Of a stretch of 64,000 bases of DNA, positions 1 to 13,734 are shown in pieces. Source of the stretch: Octopus sinensis. Its lineage: Eukaryota. Below the pieces are notes generated by a model that searched no databases, was not told the origin of the DNA, and worked only from the letters and a program-made list of their open reading frames with translations. The translations under genes were made by a program, and so were the position numbers. How positions within the stretch are numbered: the first letter of the stretch is position 1; every line of letters starts with the position of its first letter. The DNA is taken from the NCBI RefSeq assembly GCF_006345805.1, contig NC_043009.1, positions 6,200,001 through 6,264,000 on the forward strand, read 5' to 3'.

Positions 1-89
1 ATTCTCCCAAGAGATCAGGCTGCTTCCGGAGTAATCAACCAACAAAATATTTGCTGATGTGTGAAGATGTCTGCCAAACATAATAATCG

Positions 90-215
90 ATGGGGTACGC
101 GGAAAATAGCAGAGATCCAAACAGCATCCCATTCACTCTTAATACAGACCTGTGGCGAAAACAACATCAATCAGAAATTCACGTTCGAATGTCAGAACTT
201 GTAAAGAATGAATTG
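90..215 (+). CDS. Candidate first coding exon of an unknown gene (MGYAENSRDPNSIPFTLNTDLWRKQHQSEIHVRMSELVKNEL)
   Basis: ATG at 90, 42 open codons, ends at a strong donor TTG|GTAAGT (216). No homolog recognised. Confidence 0.25.
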
Positions 216-357
216 GTAAGTTACGGATTATAACGGTCATAGATTAAGTTATTTAATTTGTCGTTTTGTTTCAGACACCAAATATTTATCAGTTATACAA
301 TAATTAGTCGCTTCATAGAAACAGTACTTTTGATTTTATTTCCTTTAAAATATTTAG

Positions 358-501
358 GGTTCTGATTTGAGGAACGTCTTGAGAAGGAAATTGATGTACC
401 CAGCTCATTTCATTACTGATGTCGTTTCAAATTTGTATACAACCAATTCATTTTCCCAATGGAATGTGGATTACTTTTGTAAGAAATCTATTCAAAATTA
501 A
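358..501 (+). CDS. Candidate second/terminal exon (GSDLRNVLRRKLMYPAHFITDVVSNLYTTNSFSQWNVDYFCKKSIQN*)
   Basis: Acceptor TATTTAG| at 357 gives a phase-0 join to 90-215 across a 142-nt intron. Open to TAA at 499-501. No homolog recognised. Confidence 0.2.
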   Translation, partial: GSDLRNVLRRKLMYPAHFITDVVSNLYTTNSFSQWNVDYFCKKSIQN

Positions 502-830
502 TATTATGATAACAAATGTGAATAAAATTAATATCATTGTAAGAAATATGATTACGAAACTTATTATGGGAAGAAATGTGATTAGTATTAATATAATAGT
601 AAGGAATGGAACTAGAATTAATATTATGGTAACGTGAATGTGTGTGATGAAGATGAATATTAAGTTACGAAATGTGAATGAAATTAATATTATTGTAATG
701 AATGGGGCTAAGATTACTATTAATTTAATAAACGTAACCAAGAGTGATAGTATGTTATTTAATATAGGTGAGATTAATATTACGAGATTAATAAATGGTG
801 TGGTAAGGAATGTGATTGCGATAAATTTGA
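478..830. repeat. Degenerate 30-bp tandem repeat with 60-bp higher-order periodicity
   Basis: Units such as TGTAAGAAATCTATTCAAAATTAATATTAT / GATAACAAATGTGAATAAAATTAATATCAT / TGTAAGAAATATGATTACGAAACTTATTAT. Produces ORFs 419-637, 638-943 (+) and 448-852 (-). Confidence 0.7.
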
Positions 831-1254
831 TCGATTCCGGGAACACTACCATAACTGTCGAACTCTTCGTCTCTCGAGAAACGCAAACAGGTGCAACATT
901 CGTTTCGTACCTGTGGTCATATAGATCCGTGAAATTCTCATAATGACATTGCCAAGAGGTACGTTTCTAGAAGGTAGTAAGATCTGGATCTGTAAGTATT
1001 GTATTAGGATTACACTCATACAGGAACACACACACATACAGACACACACACACACACACTCACTCTGTAACTGTCTCTCTGTCTCTCTGTCTCCCTATCT
1101 CTCCCTTTCTTTCTCTCTCTCTTTTTCTCTTAAACTTGTTTATTAATCTTGAAAATATTGGTAGTTGTGAATGATTTGGGTCCTACTTTTTAGAAGGCAA
1201 AACATTCCTGGTCCTAGGAAGGGAATATTTTTGTATTTCTCAGATTATAAAAAA

Positions 1255-1720
1255 TAATCTCATTAAAATCGAATTAAAGATAAAATATTAGTAGTAATGA
1301 AGATTACTCCAAAACAACAGAGAACGCTGTAAACTAATGCAGAAACTGGATGTTGAGGATCACACTGAAATATATACCCAATACACCGCACTTTAATATA
1401 AAAGATCACAAATCTCATTTTAATATTAACCAAATCAGATCTGGGACGAATTAGTAAAAACATGTTAGATAGGATTATCCCTATGATGAAGGAAAACTAA
1501 ATAGTAATATATGGTTTAGCTCGGGGCTATTTATAACGTGGTTCCATCTACTACCGAATAAGCCCAATTGCTTTTTCTACAATGTGATTTTAACAATCAC
1601 TTTGCGTCCAAACCATTGGACAAAGTCATCATTTTAGCTAGAAGTTTCTCTAATATTACACCACTTGAAGTCGTTATAATACCGTTACCTAGAAAGACAC
1701 AAGAAATACGGTTGTAGATA
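1255..1720 (+). mobile_element. Degraded Penelope-like element reverse transcriptase fragment
   Basis: Broken frames give IKDHK..., TKSDLGRISKNMLDRII and WF...NKPNCFF. These resemble the PLE RT N-terminal region (KDHKxxF...K.ELGRISK.ILDRI...WF). Confidence 0.5.
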
Positions 1721-2984
1721 CAGAAATTCAGGACTTGAGCATAAATCTTTCTATGCAAACCAGAACCAAGTTGGTAAAAGTAAAAACCGTATCCACGACT
1801 AACACCTCCTCTACCGCTTACACACACGGTAAAAACTGTTCGTGGTGATGTTCAAACCATTACACGTTTGAATGTCTTGCAAACAACTTGCACATGCAAG
1901 TGCTATCAGTCAAAAACTCCGTATACCGGAAGCCAGCAATTATATGTGGTCATCAGGAGAGAATGTGCGTCGTTCCAGGGCCTACCTTACGACGGCATCA
2001 ATGCGCGCCCCCCACCCTCACTGATATGAGGCCCCGCTTGCTAGATCAGCTGGTTATAAAAAAAAGCTCAATATTCTTCTAGCTATCACTCATCGTCTCT
2101 TTTTAACCAAATCCAGTGGCTAGCCTTTTCCACTGTAGTTTGGATATCGGTCGTGGTGGTATTGACTTTACGATGAGTTAGGCCTAACGATAACAACAGT
2201 CGTCTCACACTGTGTCCAACGAACCCTCTACATCCGACTTCGATAGGAAAATTGTTCTGCTTTCCAGTATTTTATATTCAGCATTCTTTAGTATGTGAAA
2301 CCGCTGAGCTCATTCTTTGTGGAGACATCAGTATACTGGGGATATCTTAAATAATTATATATAACATGATGTAATTAGTCGAAACATTTTGAACACCTTT
2401 ATCGTTTATTTCTCTTTTTCAGTATCCTCGAAGTGTAGAGTTCACTCGTATTTAAATATATCTCCTGTGCGGATTCTGTATAGCTAGAATCTTTATAGAT
2501 GAAATATTTTACTCATTAAATACTGGCAAGTTTGGTATTAATTTGATTTCCTTCATATAAAACATGTTATTTCAATTACTAACTCTTCACTATTTTATTG
2601 TAATTAAAATTTATAGTGAATGGCAGGTCGGACAGATATGTATTTCATATTTAATGTATTGGGAAATTATCGAAGTACAGCTGACATAGTTTGTTACATA
2701 ATTAAGTAACTGAGTAATTAACAACAGATGATCTAAATTAAATATATCTCACAAAGTTTTCAATAATGTTAAACACGCAGCATTTACAGTACATATGATT
2801 ATGAAATTTTGCATCTTAAATTTAGTCGCAATATTTACTAACGAGACAAGAAATGATTTTGTTTCGTGTTGTTAAAGAATGTAATTTATGGAAAAATGTT
2901 CTTTGCACATGCTACAGCTATTACTTTCAGGAATCACTCGTCGAAATACAGAATACTTTATGTATGTATCTATATGTATGCATA

Positions 2985-3005
2985 TGTGTGTGCGTGTGTA
3001 TGTAT

Positions 3006-3066
<61 letters not shown>

Positions 3067-3247
3067 TATATATATATACGTACGTAATACATACATAAAT
3101 ATATACATACATACAGAACTCAGATTCAAAACGTACAACCAAACAAAAAACATTACACGTAGGTGGTGACTATTAGATTTGTAAAAAAAATCTCGTCAAT
3201 CAAGATATGTTAGAGTGCGGTTTGACATACATATGAGTGTATATATT

Positions 3248-3279
<32 letters not shown>

Positions 3280-3287
3280 AGAGAGAG

Positions 3288-3362
<75 letters not shown>

Positions 3363-3369
3363 CATATGC

Positions 3370-3437
<68 letters not shown>

Positions 3438-3467
3438 ATAAATGTGCATATATATGTATATATATCA

Positions 3468-3525
<58 letters not shown>

Positions 3526-3530
3526 ATATA
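2985..3530. repeat. (TA)n array followed by a compound (TA)n-(GA)n-(GATA)n-(TA)n-(GT)n microsatellite
   Basis: Direct reading. Source of the YIYI/LSIY ORFs. Confidence 0.95.
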
Positions 3531-4694
3531 TATTCCATTTCAACACACATGCACACACGTATAGTGGAAATATGTATACGCTTTCCATTAAAGTATGCTT
3601 TCGTCTATAATCTCCATATTCCATATAATTTGCAAAGAAATATGCACTTTGTATGCCATGATCATGACACAACGTCTCAGACACTGATGGCAATATCTTC
3701 TCATTATTAACACCACCTGAAAAATTACCTATTATTTAAATGTCAACGGTAGTCTTACTGAGATTTCTTCTACAGCTTGAAGGATTTATTTTCCCCTTAT
3801 AACATATAAAATTTCATGTGTTATATAAGCTTATGATATTTACAAAGCAGAGCAGGTTTTGCATCATTCACTGTAAGATAACTTCCCAATCCTTAGCAGC
3901 AAATTGGAGAGCATGCATACGTGCAATAAAACATATCTAATTCGTATAATGCATGTATCAACAGACGCATACTAGACATTAATAACGTATTAAAAACAAA
4001 TACTAATTTTGGAATATCTTGATATAAATCACACAGAAATATATCTCAAACTCGTCGAGGCTGTCCACCACTTCTCTATTCACAAACGAAGTCCATAAAG
4101 TATTCACACATGGATTGCTCTTTAGTTTAATTACAACACTTCCCTAGGATTTCTCCGCTTCTTTTTATGTCTTCCACGGGGATTATTCTACGATTTATCA
4201 GCTGGATTGGAAACGAAATTACAATAAAGCTCATAAGAACTACTTCCTTAATGAAGTAGTCAAACACCCCCAATGAATTGTGAATACGAAATATATTCTA
4301 CAGTTAATCATTTTTGTATTTGTGGAATGATAATCGGTGAAATACCGTGGTGTTCACGATAAAACATGGCGCCATTTTTCTCCCTTGTGTTACTTCGCGT
4401 TTTCTTACAGTTCGGTTGTAGTAATTCCCCATATATTGTTCTTTAATTATTAGGCGAGTCAATTCACGATCATGATGAATTAGCTACGAAACCGCTTATA
4501 TTAGCTATACTAAGAAAAATCCATAAAACTTTGTTGAAAAACAGTATCTGTCCGTAAGTATCTGCAATGATCGGAATGTAAGTTACTGATACGCATTTTA
4601 CGTTTTAATCTTTATAACTGGAATAAATACATCAGGGAGACTGTAACGATTGGTACATGCAGGAATATTTAAAACAACAGAACACAGCAGACAA

Positions 4695-4839
4695 TGTATG
4701 TGGTAAGGAGCTTCAACAACATGGTTCCGTGTTCAGTCCCAGTGCGTGGCACCTTTACGGGTGACCCCTATTAGACCATCAAGCCCACCAAAGCCTTTTC
4801 ATTGGATTCAGCAGAGAGAAACTGAAAGAAGCCCATCGT

Positions 4840-4889
<50 letters not shown>

Positions 4890-4978
4890 TACATATATAT
4901 ATATAAAGATGCATATATATATATATATATAATATACATATATATATATATATATAATATATACATATATATATATTT

Positions 4979-5022
<44 letters not shown>

Positions 5023-5067
5023 CATATATATATATTTATACATATATACATATATATATATTTATAC

Positions 5068-5123
<56 letters not shown>

Positions 5124-5130
5124 TGTATGA
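4695..5130 (+). mobile_element. tRNA-derived SINE family A, degenerate head plus expanded internal (TA)n
   Basis: GTGGTAAG...CATGGTTCCGTGTTCAGTCCC...GAAACTGAAAGAAGCCCATCGTATATA, matching the full copy at 25868. Confidence 0.75.
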
Positions 5131-5640
5131 ATGTATATCTTTGTATGTGTTTATGTATGTATACTTAATGTACGTTATACCATTCATCTGTGTATTCATT
5201 ATAGGTTTTTATAACTTACCATTCTGTGTATGTTTTTCGTTTGTGCATTTGCTATACATTTGTTCCTTATAAATGAACAGAACGCTCTATACCTTGGTCA
5301 TCTATGTATGCATGTTTGTATGTATGCATGCATTCATGGATGGGCGGACGGTCGGATGGATGAAAACATTTCTTGCAGTTAAAAATTAGCAATAATATTT
5401 AAACTATTTAAAAAGATAAAACAGACTTAGGATTGTCTTGATATCGGCAAATGTTTCTGAAAAGGGTGTTTTGCATATTTTAGCTTTTCAATCACATGTA
5501 TTAAAATGTAATCTGCATACAGACGTACATATAGTTACCACCATGATAATACTTACATGTATATACGTAGTTTTGAGTGTAGTATACAGCAGACAGAGAA
5601 CATACAAAGATGAAACCGTAAGTAAAGTAATACGTATTTA

Positions 5641-6085
5641 TGATAGTATGCAGTAATATATATCTGGAAGATCCTGGAAGGAATTGTGCCAAATTTTGGC
5701 ATTGAACGCTACACCAATGCTAGAACGGGACGACACTGCATAGTGCCATAGATCCCAGCAATGCCATCACGCTTCAGGACCAGCTACTGCAACAGCCTGG
5801 GTTTCAAGGGCCCACAGCTTTTTAATATTCTCCCAAAGGGTCTGAGAAACTTGCACAAAGTAAATGTAGCGGTTTATAAATCAAAGCTGGACCTCTTCCT
5901 GTCGAGTGTCCCAGATGAACCTACCTCACGGCAAGAGGTGCAAATGAGGGTAGCTATATCAAACTCCATTCTTCACCAAGTGTCACATATTAGAGGAGAC
6001 TCTTAGTAATAACAGTGTAGCACAAAACGACGGTGCATCAGCATGGCCACAGGTCTGGGCTGAAACTAAAAAAAGAAAAAAAAAA
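5641..6085 (+). mobile_element. CR1-like LINE 3' fragment with A-rich tail
   Basis: YAVIYIWKILEGIVPNFG...GPQLFNILPKGLRNL...KSKLDLFLSSVPDEP resembles the CR1-type ORF2 C-terminus. One in-frame TAG. A-rich tail at 6067-6085. Confidence 0.8.
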
Positions 6086-6899
6086 CTCATTCGTTTTCTT
6101 ACGTTTCTAACGGGCAATTCATAGACCAAAAGGTTTGAAAGACGACATTGTATTGCTCTAAATTAGGTTTGATCTCAGAGCACTTAATGGTAATTATGTG
6201 TAGAAGTCATACAGTTCCATACTACAAAATGAACGCCTGGCTATGGCAACCGAAAAGGTTTCCATAAAACTTTAAATTCTGACAAATGACAAACAACTTT
6301 GATGTAGGCAGTATGTGAAATCAGAACAAAATCTACTAGAAAAATATCACTAACAATTTTGTTCCATGCGCTAACAATTCTACCATTTCACCGCCCTTAT
6401 TTCATACATACTTGATGGTAGAGAACAACTGAAATTTCTTCATCAACGAATTGAAACTTTTTGGCTTTGCTAGGGAAATATTTATTAACAATGATCATGT
6501 TCCACGTTGAAGAGATGATTAGGAAAAATAAACAACAGCCACATAATTTAGTTTTCCTTTCGTTAGTCCATTCATTTAAAATATAGCAAAATACTTGAGC
6601 TTAGAGATTTTCTGTCTAAATTGGATTCTATTTTTAATTCACTTGATACTAAATGGATGTGAAAACATTAATTTGAAGTATTGAAATACTCTTGATGCCC
6701 CTGACGAAACTGTGGTATTTTTATTCCATTCTATTAAAGCATCTAATTAATGGTTGGTATGTAGACAATTTGTTTTGGTTAATGATTAGCAAGTTTTAAT
6801 TTAGTTTTCTTTCTAATCTAAAATTAATATTTTATTACTGACCGTAGGCAATGGTAGGTCAATTCATCAGGTGAGTTACAATAGCAAACATCGACCAGA

Positions 6900-7130
6900 T
6901 ATACACATGCGCGCGCACACACACACAGACACACAGACACCTACACACATACACACACAACACATACACACTTACGTACCTAGGTATATACATGTATAGA
7001 TGTATGGATATATATCTGCGTACATGTACATATACATATATGTGTATATATGTATGTATATATATATGTATACATATATATATACATATATATAAATATG
7101 TATATGTATATATATATGTATATGTATATA

Positions 7131-7170
<40 letters not shown>

Positions 7171-7420
7171 TATATATATATATATATTATATAATCTATA
7201 CACATGCCTATGTATATGTGTACATATACATGCATACACCCCCACGCACATCTATAGACATATAGATGTATATGCATATATATGTATACACGTATGTATA
7301 TGTAGATTTTATACATACATATATATATATATATATATATGTACATATGTATATATATGTACATATATATGTTTGTATATATATATATATATATGCAAAT
7401 CTATGTATGTGTGTGTGGGG
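6900..7420. repeat. Compound (CA)n/(TA)n/(TATG)n low-complexity tract
   Basis: Direct reading. Confidence 0.9.
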
Positions 7421-7774
7421 GGGGGGCGTATGTATTCTGAATATTAAATACCAATGAGGAAACAGTCACTGAATTGTAAATAAAAATGTTATTTTTATGT
7501 AAATATTGAAACATTCCAGCCTAAATAGTAATTGCATTTGACAGTTTTGCACTATTTTTGTAAATTTTGCATGTTTGGATTAGTTTGAATTGTATTTCGT
7601 TAGAGAAATGGAGATTCTCAAGTTTTGTACGGTGTCCGCCTGGAAAAAGCGTAGGTTGTCCGCTAGTTAAACAGCTGTGAATATATATGAGTAAATGTTT
7701 ATAGTGGAAGATGTGTGAGGAAGACAATGTAAGATATTTAATATCAAACTTTAAACAATATGATAAGTATTATG

Positions 7775-8195
7775 TGGTATAATGGAGAGTCATATGCAAT
7801 AACTACAAGAAGATTCAGACCTTCATGAAGAGATGTCACCGGCAGATCCTCCATCTGAAATGGTTCGACAGAATGCCAATCACCGACCTGTGGGAAAGGG
7901 CCTACCAGGAGCCCATCCATGTTCAGATTAGCCGAAGGGAATGGAGATGGATCCGACACACACTGCGAAAAGAACCCTCAAATGTGACACAACAAGCACT
8001 TGAATAGAACCCGCAAGGGGAAAAGGAAGCGGGTACGCCCGAAGCAAACATGGAACCGGAGCATTTTGGACGAGCACAGGACCACCGGCCTGACATGTGA
8101 AGCAGCCAAGAAACACGTCAATGACCGCAAAAAGTGGAAAACAACAGTTGAGGTCCTATACTCCACAAGGGGCAAAATGGATTAAGAAGAAGGAG
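7775..8195 (+). mobile_element. RTE-clade LINE 3' fragment
   Basis: KKIQTFMKRCHRQILHLKWFDR...[38 protein letters not shown] resembles the RTE ORF C-terminus. Short TAAGAAGAAGG tail. Confidence 0.85.
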
Positions 8196-8663
8196 CATGT
8201 GGTATCCACTATATGGGATAAAGTAAACAAATGCATTTATAGATATATTTAATCACACTTGTTCAAAACCATGTGAAGAAACGCGCCTAGGGAAAAAATT
8301 GTTAGTTGTAGAAGGACAACACATCGGTACACAGAGTGTGAAGTATTAGACTTTATTTGAATCAATGCTTTAGGGAGAAATCTCTATATCTCAAAATGGA
8401 AATACGTATCAGATACGTATAAAACTTTTCTTGGTGTATTGTGGAGATGGCAGTGACAAAGTTAACACCAATCGTGTCACCTGGTACTTACAACTATCAG
8501 AAGATATATATATCGAAGCAAATTTATATACATGGTTGTTGTCAGTGCTGTGGCTCAAGGAAAGGAAATACACACTCACGGGTTTCGTGAACTAATGAGC
8601 ATTGTTTCATGTCGAGTGAACGAAGTGTTCAAACGGGAACAGATACACTGTTACGTTTTTCAG

Positions 8664-8698
8664 GCTTTGTTGATGACTCTTTCAAAGATTCCTGTGAA
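8664..8698 (+). CDS. Candidate 35-nt micro-exon (GFVDDSFKDSCE or ALLMTLSKIPV depending on phase)
   Basis: Acceptor TTACGTTTTTCAG| and donor GAA|GTATGT. Two of three frames are open. Confidence 0.2.
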
Positions 8699-8829
8699 GT
8701 ATGTTACATAATTCGTGTTTTCTCACTGCCACTACCATTAAAATACAAACGCTTATTTGCAGAATAAATTCGGAATTTTTTCTCAGATATAGTTATATCT
8801 CCCCAAACCCCACGTTGTGAAGCACACAC

Positions 8830-9300
8830 ACGATTGCTTTTATTATACATTATTGTATAATAGCTTCGACGTCTCGGTCTCCTTAGACTTCATCGGATGA
8901 TGGTCTATTTGGGTTAATTATGGGTTACGTTACGGGAAGGTGTGGTGAATGATCTTTTAAAAATTAAATTTGAAGTTAATAATTGTTCAGAATTCAGTCA
9001 GGCATGTAGAACTTTGTAGTGAGGTATGGTTATTTAAAGTTCTCGGTTTCAGTTCTTGTGGAACTTTTAGGAGTTCCCAAAATCAACGTAAGTAGGAGAA
9101 AAATTTAGTTGGTCTGCCGATTTCTCACTAGATTTAGCTGTTTAGGACTGTATTGGAACACTGATTGGAGACTTAGCCTGTTTGTTTTGCAAATGTGAAA
9201 TTGTTGTTCGGATTTTAATCAAGCACGCAAAACAGTTTACTAAAGTACGTATATTCATGTTTCTCAGTTTTAGCCGTCCATGAAGTTTTAACTGTTCAAC
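8830..9300 (-). mobile_element. Probable PLE-derived remnant ending in a degenerate hammerhead-like motif
   Basis: Minus strand 8897-8867 reads CCGATGA-A-GTCT-AAGG-AGAC-C-GAGA-CGT-C. The upstream sequence is non-repetitive and degenerate. Confidence 0.35.
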
Positions 9301-9651
9301 AATTGGTTCTTTATACACACTCTTAACATATAATAAATTCTATTCTATGTATTTATATTTATAAAATTAAAACATAAAACGCTTTACATTATAGAAAAGG
9401 AAAATGGAGAGGGAGGAAAAAGATCACTTAGAGTTCCGCATGACAATAGATTCAGTGTGTGTAAATGTTTGTGCGTATGTTGTCATACGTACAAAAGTCA
9501 TTTTTAACTTACTAGGATCCCTTCTGCAGTGTTATTCAGCTCACAAAAGCTTTGGGTGATTTCACGATACGTAACGATTATTTCGATTAAATGAATAAAA
9601 TGGAATGTGTGTGCGCGCGAGTCTGCATCGGTTTTATATATATATATATAT

Positions 9652-9858
9652 TTCAAAATGTGACCTCGTGTGTACCGTTGGTGATTTTTTTTCCTCTGTC
9701 TTCCCTTCTCTGGATCTTTCCTTCTCCCATGTTTCCGACGAAGAGCTCCGCTCGAAACGTTAAATCCTCCTTTTTTCCTTCTTTCCTGAGCGTCCAATAA
9801 TACCAGATTTGTTCCACGTCCTCGCGTTGTTGTATTTTTTTGTGTTTTCTTGTTTGGA

Positions 9859-9863
<5 letters not shown>
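9652..9863 (+). mobile_element. ~210-bp PLE-type short repeat flanked by (TA)n, containing a hammerhead-like motif
   Basis: (TA)n on both sides. The motif at 9731-9765 is related to the copy at 48308-48342 (-). Confidence 0.6.
9731..9765 (+). ncRNA. Minimal type I hammerhead-ribozyme-like motif (U4C variant)
   Basis: GTTT-CCGACGA-A-GAGC-TCC-GCTC-GAAA-CGT-T-AAAT: 4-bp stem II, palindromic ACGT stem III, GUU triplet, stem I GUUU/AAAU. Confidence 0.5.
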
Positions 9864-9892
<29 letters not shown>

Positions 9893-9893
<1 letters not shown>

Positions 9894-10005
9894 CCAGCGG
9901 GATGACGTCATTCGAAGGCTAAAACAATGTGAAGAGCATTGTTACCAGCGATATGTAGCAACATCTGATAGCCTGGTCTGTGACGGTGATCAAGTTGATA
10001 TATAT
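9893..10005 (-). mobile_element. SINE tail fragment between (TA)n tracts
   Basis: Minus strand GATCACCGTCACAGACCAGGCTATCAGATGTTGCTACATATCGCTGG resembles a SINE 3' segment I recall from octopus DNA. Confidence 0.45.
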
Positions 10006-11558
10006 ATATATATATATATATATAGATAGATAGATAGATAGATATCAAATGGATGTGTTCTAAACCTATTGTGCTATATATCTTTGTGTACTTCAGAAAA
10101 TAATATACTCTCCTCTGAAGAGTAAGAATGTAACATTTCACCGTGACCATACCCTAGAACGTAAATCCTATACGGACGAAGCAATGTACGTGTAAAGAAA
10201 GAATGCAATAAGTGGTAAGTAATTATCGATCTATCCATCCTCCCAGAAGCTTTTTTTCTTTCCTAAACTACAGCACCACAACATAATTGTGCATAGTCAC
10301 ATCACTTTTACGTGATGATATTTTGTGCTCTTCATATCAAATGATACCTTCTGATTGAGTTTGACAAGTAAATATTCAATTTCACGGTAATTCCATAGTT
10401 TTTATCGTTGATTATGGATATTAATGAATATTATTTCAATATTCGGTAGAATGTAAGCCAAGTAGATGTTCAACGGGAGAGAATCATTACTATGCCTGGA
10501 TATGAGATCAGGACGTGGAATGTTGGTATTATATTGCACAGATTAAAGCAATCCATCTTTATGTAATTCACCTTATATTTTCTTTAAAGCATCTCATATC
10601 ACATTGTCATATGACAACGATTTTTAATACTCCGACTGAAAAAATAAACACCAAGTCCCAATAAGTATAAATAAAAGCATGATGATATTTAAGGAAATGG
10701 ACTGTTACATGACTCACCAGACTTAGACAGAAATGAATGCATAAATAGATAGAAAGATTATTATTAAACAAATTATTACTAGTTTCCATATTTGTTATCT
10801 TCTTCAAATGCGATACATGATTTGTTGATGGTCGAAAACCAGCCAGCATCATGTGAGTCCCAGTCTAATATAAGCAGCCATTGTCAGTTATTAGATTTTT
10901 CTAAGTCGCGTTACTGGACGTTTATCTGAAAATATGGATATTGAGTGTAATCTTGGGTTTAGTCGTAAATCTTAGTTATCTACATACCTAATTTATGTTC
11001 GATTACAGGATTTACATTATAGATTTATTTTGCTTGTATATTCTGGACGCTGCCAAAGTTTTTATTATTTGTATTTCTCCCATTACAGTTGTTTATTTAG
11101 TCCGCTATTTAGATATGTACTGATACTGGAATGTCTCAATCGGTTCACCCTCTAATGTCGTTGTATTTTTATCGATATGTTGTAGGATGAGTTAAGATGC
11201 TTTGGTGTACTGAAATATTTTATATATGTTTTTGAAATATAAACGAGCGACATAGTACTATCAATCTAGAAGGGGAATTAAACTATTACAGTCACTCCTT
11301 TACGGATTACTACATAAGTATAACTCAAATACCAAAAAAAGAGAAATCTGCAAATGGACTTGATATAGGTATGTTATGTCTATTAGTCAAATTAACCCAA
11401 TAAATGCAAGATGTAGTTTTAAAAGTTACGATGAAGCTGTGTCAAGAAGTAATTTAAAAATTTTATAATTTGCAATATTCCTTTATCTTTCGTGTAGTAG
11501 AAAACATTTTTCGTTGTATGATGAGTAAACTTTTATTTTTAATATATTTTTTGAATAC

Positions 11559-11593
<35 letters not shown>

Positions 11594-11609
11594 AATACAC
11601 ATATAAATA

Positions 11610-11653
<44 letters not shown>

Positions 11654-13194
11654 AAACTTCAATTTTTTTTTACACAACATTGACGTAATTTAAGTTAATA
11701 GGTTGATATAGAGTATTCGACTTACAAGATTTCATCGATATTACATTTGCTGAAGGTGTGAATGCCAATGGCTTCAGGGGTTATCCATAACTTTATTGTA
11801 TTGCAGAAAAGAAATGTGCATTTGAGATCGGTCAACCAGTTGGAAACACAACAAAATTTCGGACTAATAACTTATTATAGATTTAGTTACAGCAGATATG
11901 AAAAAGAAAGAAAAATCTTGTAGGACTTGATTAAAACGTATTTGTTCGTAATACTTGACCAGAGGTTGACGATTGAATCTTCCACAACACTCTAATTTGT
12001 ATTATTTCTCTCGCAACATAACCTAAAACTCTACTTCAGACATAAGAAAACTCATTAAGCAGCTGATCATTTGCAATTACTTATGCATCGTTTCAGGCTG
12101 TAAAACGTTGAGAAATAGTCTAAAGTTTAAGAAAATTATTCTCGAAAGAGTGGCTTACTTCAATACTAGTCCTCAACAGAGCTTTTGGAACATATGTACT
12201 TTATTCTAAATATCTATGTATAATATTCCATTCTTATAATTCATTTCTCACTTATGAGGTACCACTGAGCGTATCGTTTTGGCAAAATGATGGGAATTTA
12301 AATTTTCGTATGGGACCCACATGATAGCCTCAATAGGATATCATTATTATGCTACAAAACAAAGTCGATCAGCTGCCTGAACAAGGGGGGCGTCGATTAT
12401 GTGCTTTCTGATAAAATCACGGTGCCTGGAACCATCGGATGAACAAGGTACCATGTACCCCCAAATTGCCTCTCTTGCACTGAAATAAATAACAAATATC
12501 GTAGTACATCATATATGCTATTATCCCATGTTCACATCACATTATCATTAACGCTTCCAATGAAGTTATTGTCTGTTAGAAACATTAAGCAAATCTACTT
12601 CAAATCTTATCACCTTAGAAAATAAGACACTCTTCACAATGTGCCAAGAGTTCTTTGCTCATGAGAATATGGCATGCAGCCAGACTTGAACTAATTTTAA
12701 TCAGTCTAGTCAATAAGTGCTGACTTCCAGCGAATTATCGACACGAAGAGCATAAACTTAAACTAATGTAAATATGTCACTTAATAACAATATAATGTTT
12801 CGTGTGGAACAACCAACATCATAAATGCTAGGAAAAATATATTATATATTGTTGAGATATGGATTTTATAAAATTTTAGGAGAACAGGGATAAAATCTTT
12901 TTTGAAATATATTGAAGCACGCACAAGAATCTATATATAATATCATGTAGATGTTGGGTTGGAAAAATGCTTTGTATAGGAATATCTCTGCTATTCCAAT
13001 CTCATGAAATTTCCCTCATAATTACATTTCTACTGGAAGGCCACACATTACAAAGTGTCTAATAGACAAAACTGACATTGCCACAGCTAGAATGGTTTTG
13101 AGCATTGATCTGTTTAATCTGAGTTAACGAAGTTTAACAATCAGCAGCAACTCCCCCACGACGATCGCCTACAATATTAACGTGCGTGCGTGCG

Positions 13195-13225
<31 letters not shown>

Positions 13226-13435
13226 AAGGTGGGGAATGAGCAAAATCGTTACCACCTCGGACAAAATGCTTAGCGGCATTTTGTTTATCCGTATATTCTA
13301 AGTTTAAATTCCGCAGAGATCGACTGTCTTTCATTCTTTCGAAAGACTCCTTAATCAAGCACTGGCGCCGATGTAATCAACTTACCCACTTCCTCCAAAA
13401 CTGTTGACCTTGCGGCAAAATTTACAACCAATATT
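13226..13435 (+). mobile_element. tRNA-derived SINE family B, degenerate
   Basis: AAGGTGGGGAATGAGCAAAATCGTTA...AAATGCTTAGCGGCATTT...AAATTCCGCAGAGATCGAC...GATGTAATCAAC, similar to 52532. Confidence 0.7.
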
Positions 13436-13734
13436 AAGATGTGTCCATTATCTATATTATAACGATAATTTGAGAGGGAAATACACTGCATAATACAAAT
13501 GCGTATAATATACAAACACATCATCTGATACTGATACCGCTTATATATTTTTAAAATGCTAAACCATGTGATAGACTGGTTGATTCACCTGCATTCAAAC
13601 TAGTTGGTGTCTCTGCCTACCTATTAAATGTGACGGATAAATCTCTCTCGCTATCAAACCTTATTGTCTAAATGTACTGGAAGGACACATTATATAATTT
13701 ACCCCTAGACTAATCTGAGGCACCGATGTTATAA

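Noticed and set aside
478-930. Reading the Tyr/Cys-rich frame with TAA/TAG as Gln (ciliate-type code or contamination)
   Set aside because: In-frame TGAs remain and the segment is contiguous with host-type microsatellites and repeats. There is no support for a foreign genetic code.
1597-1827. Minus-strand ORF with an apparent acceptor (GNGIITTSSGVILEKLLAK...)
   Set aside because: It overlaps the antisense of the plus-strand PLE RT remnant, which explains the sequence better.
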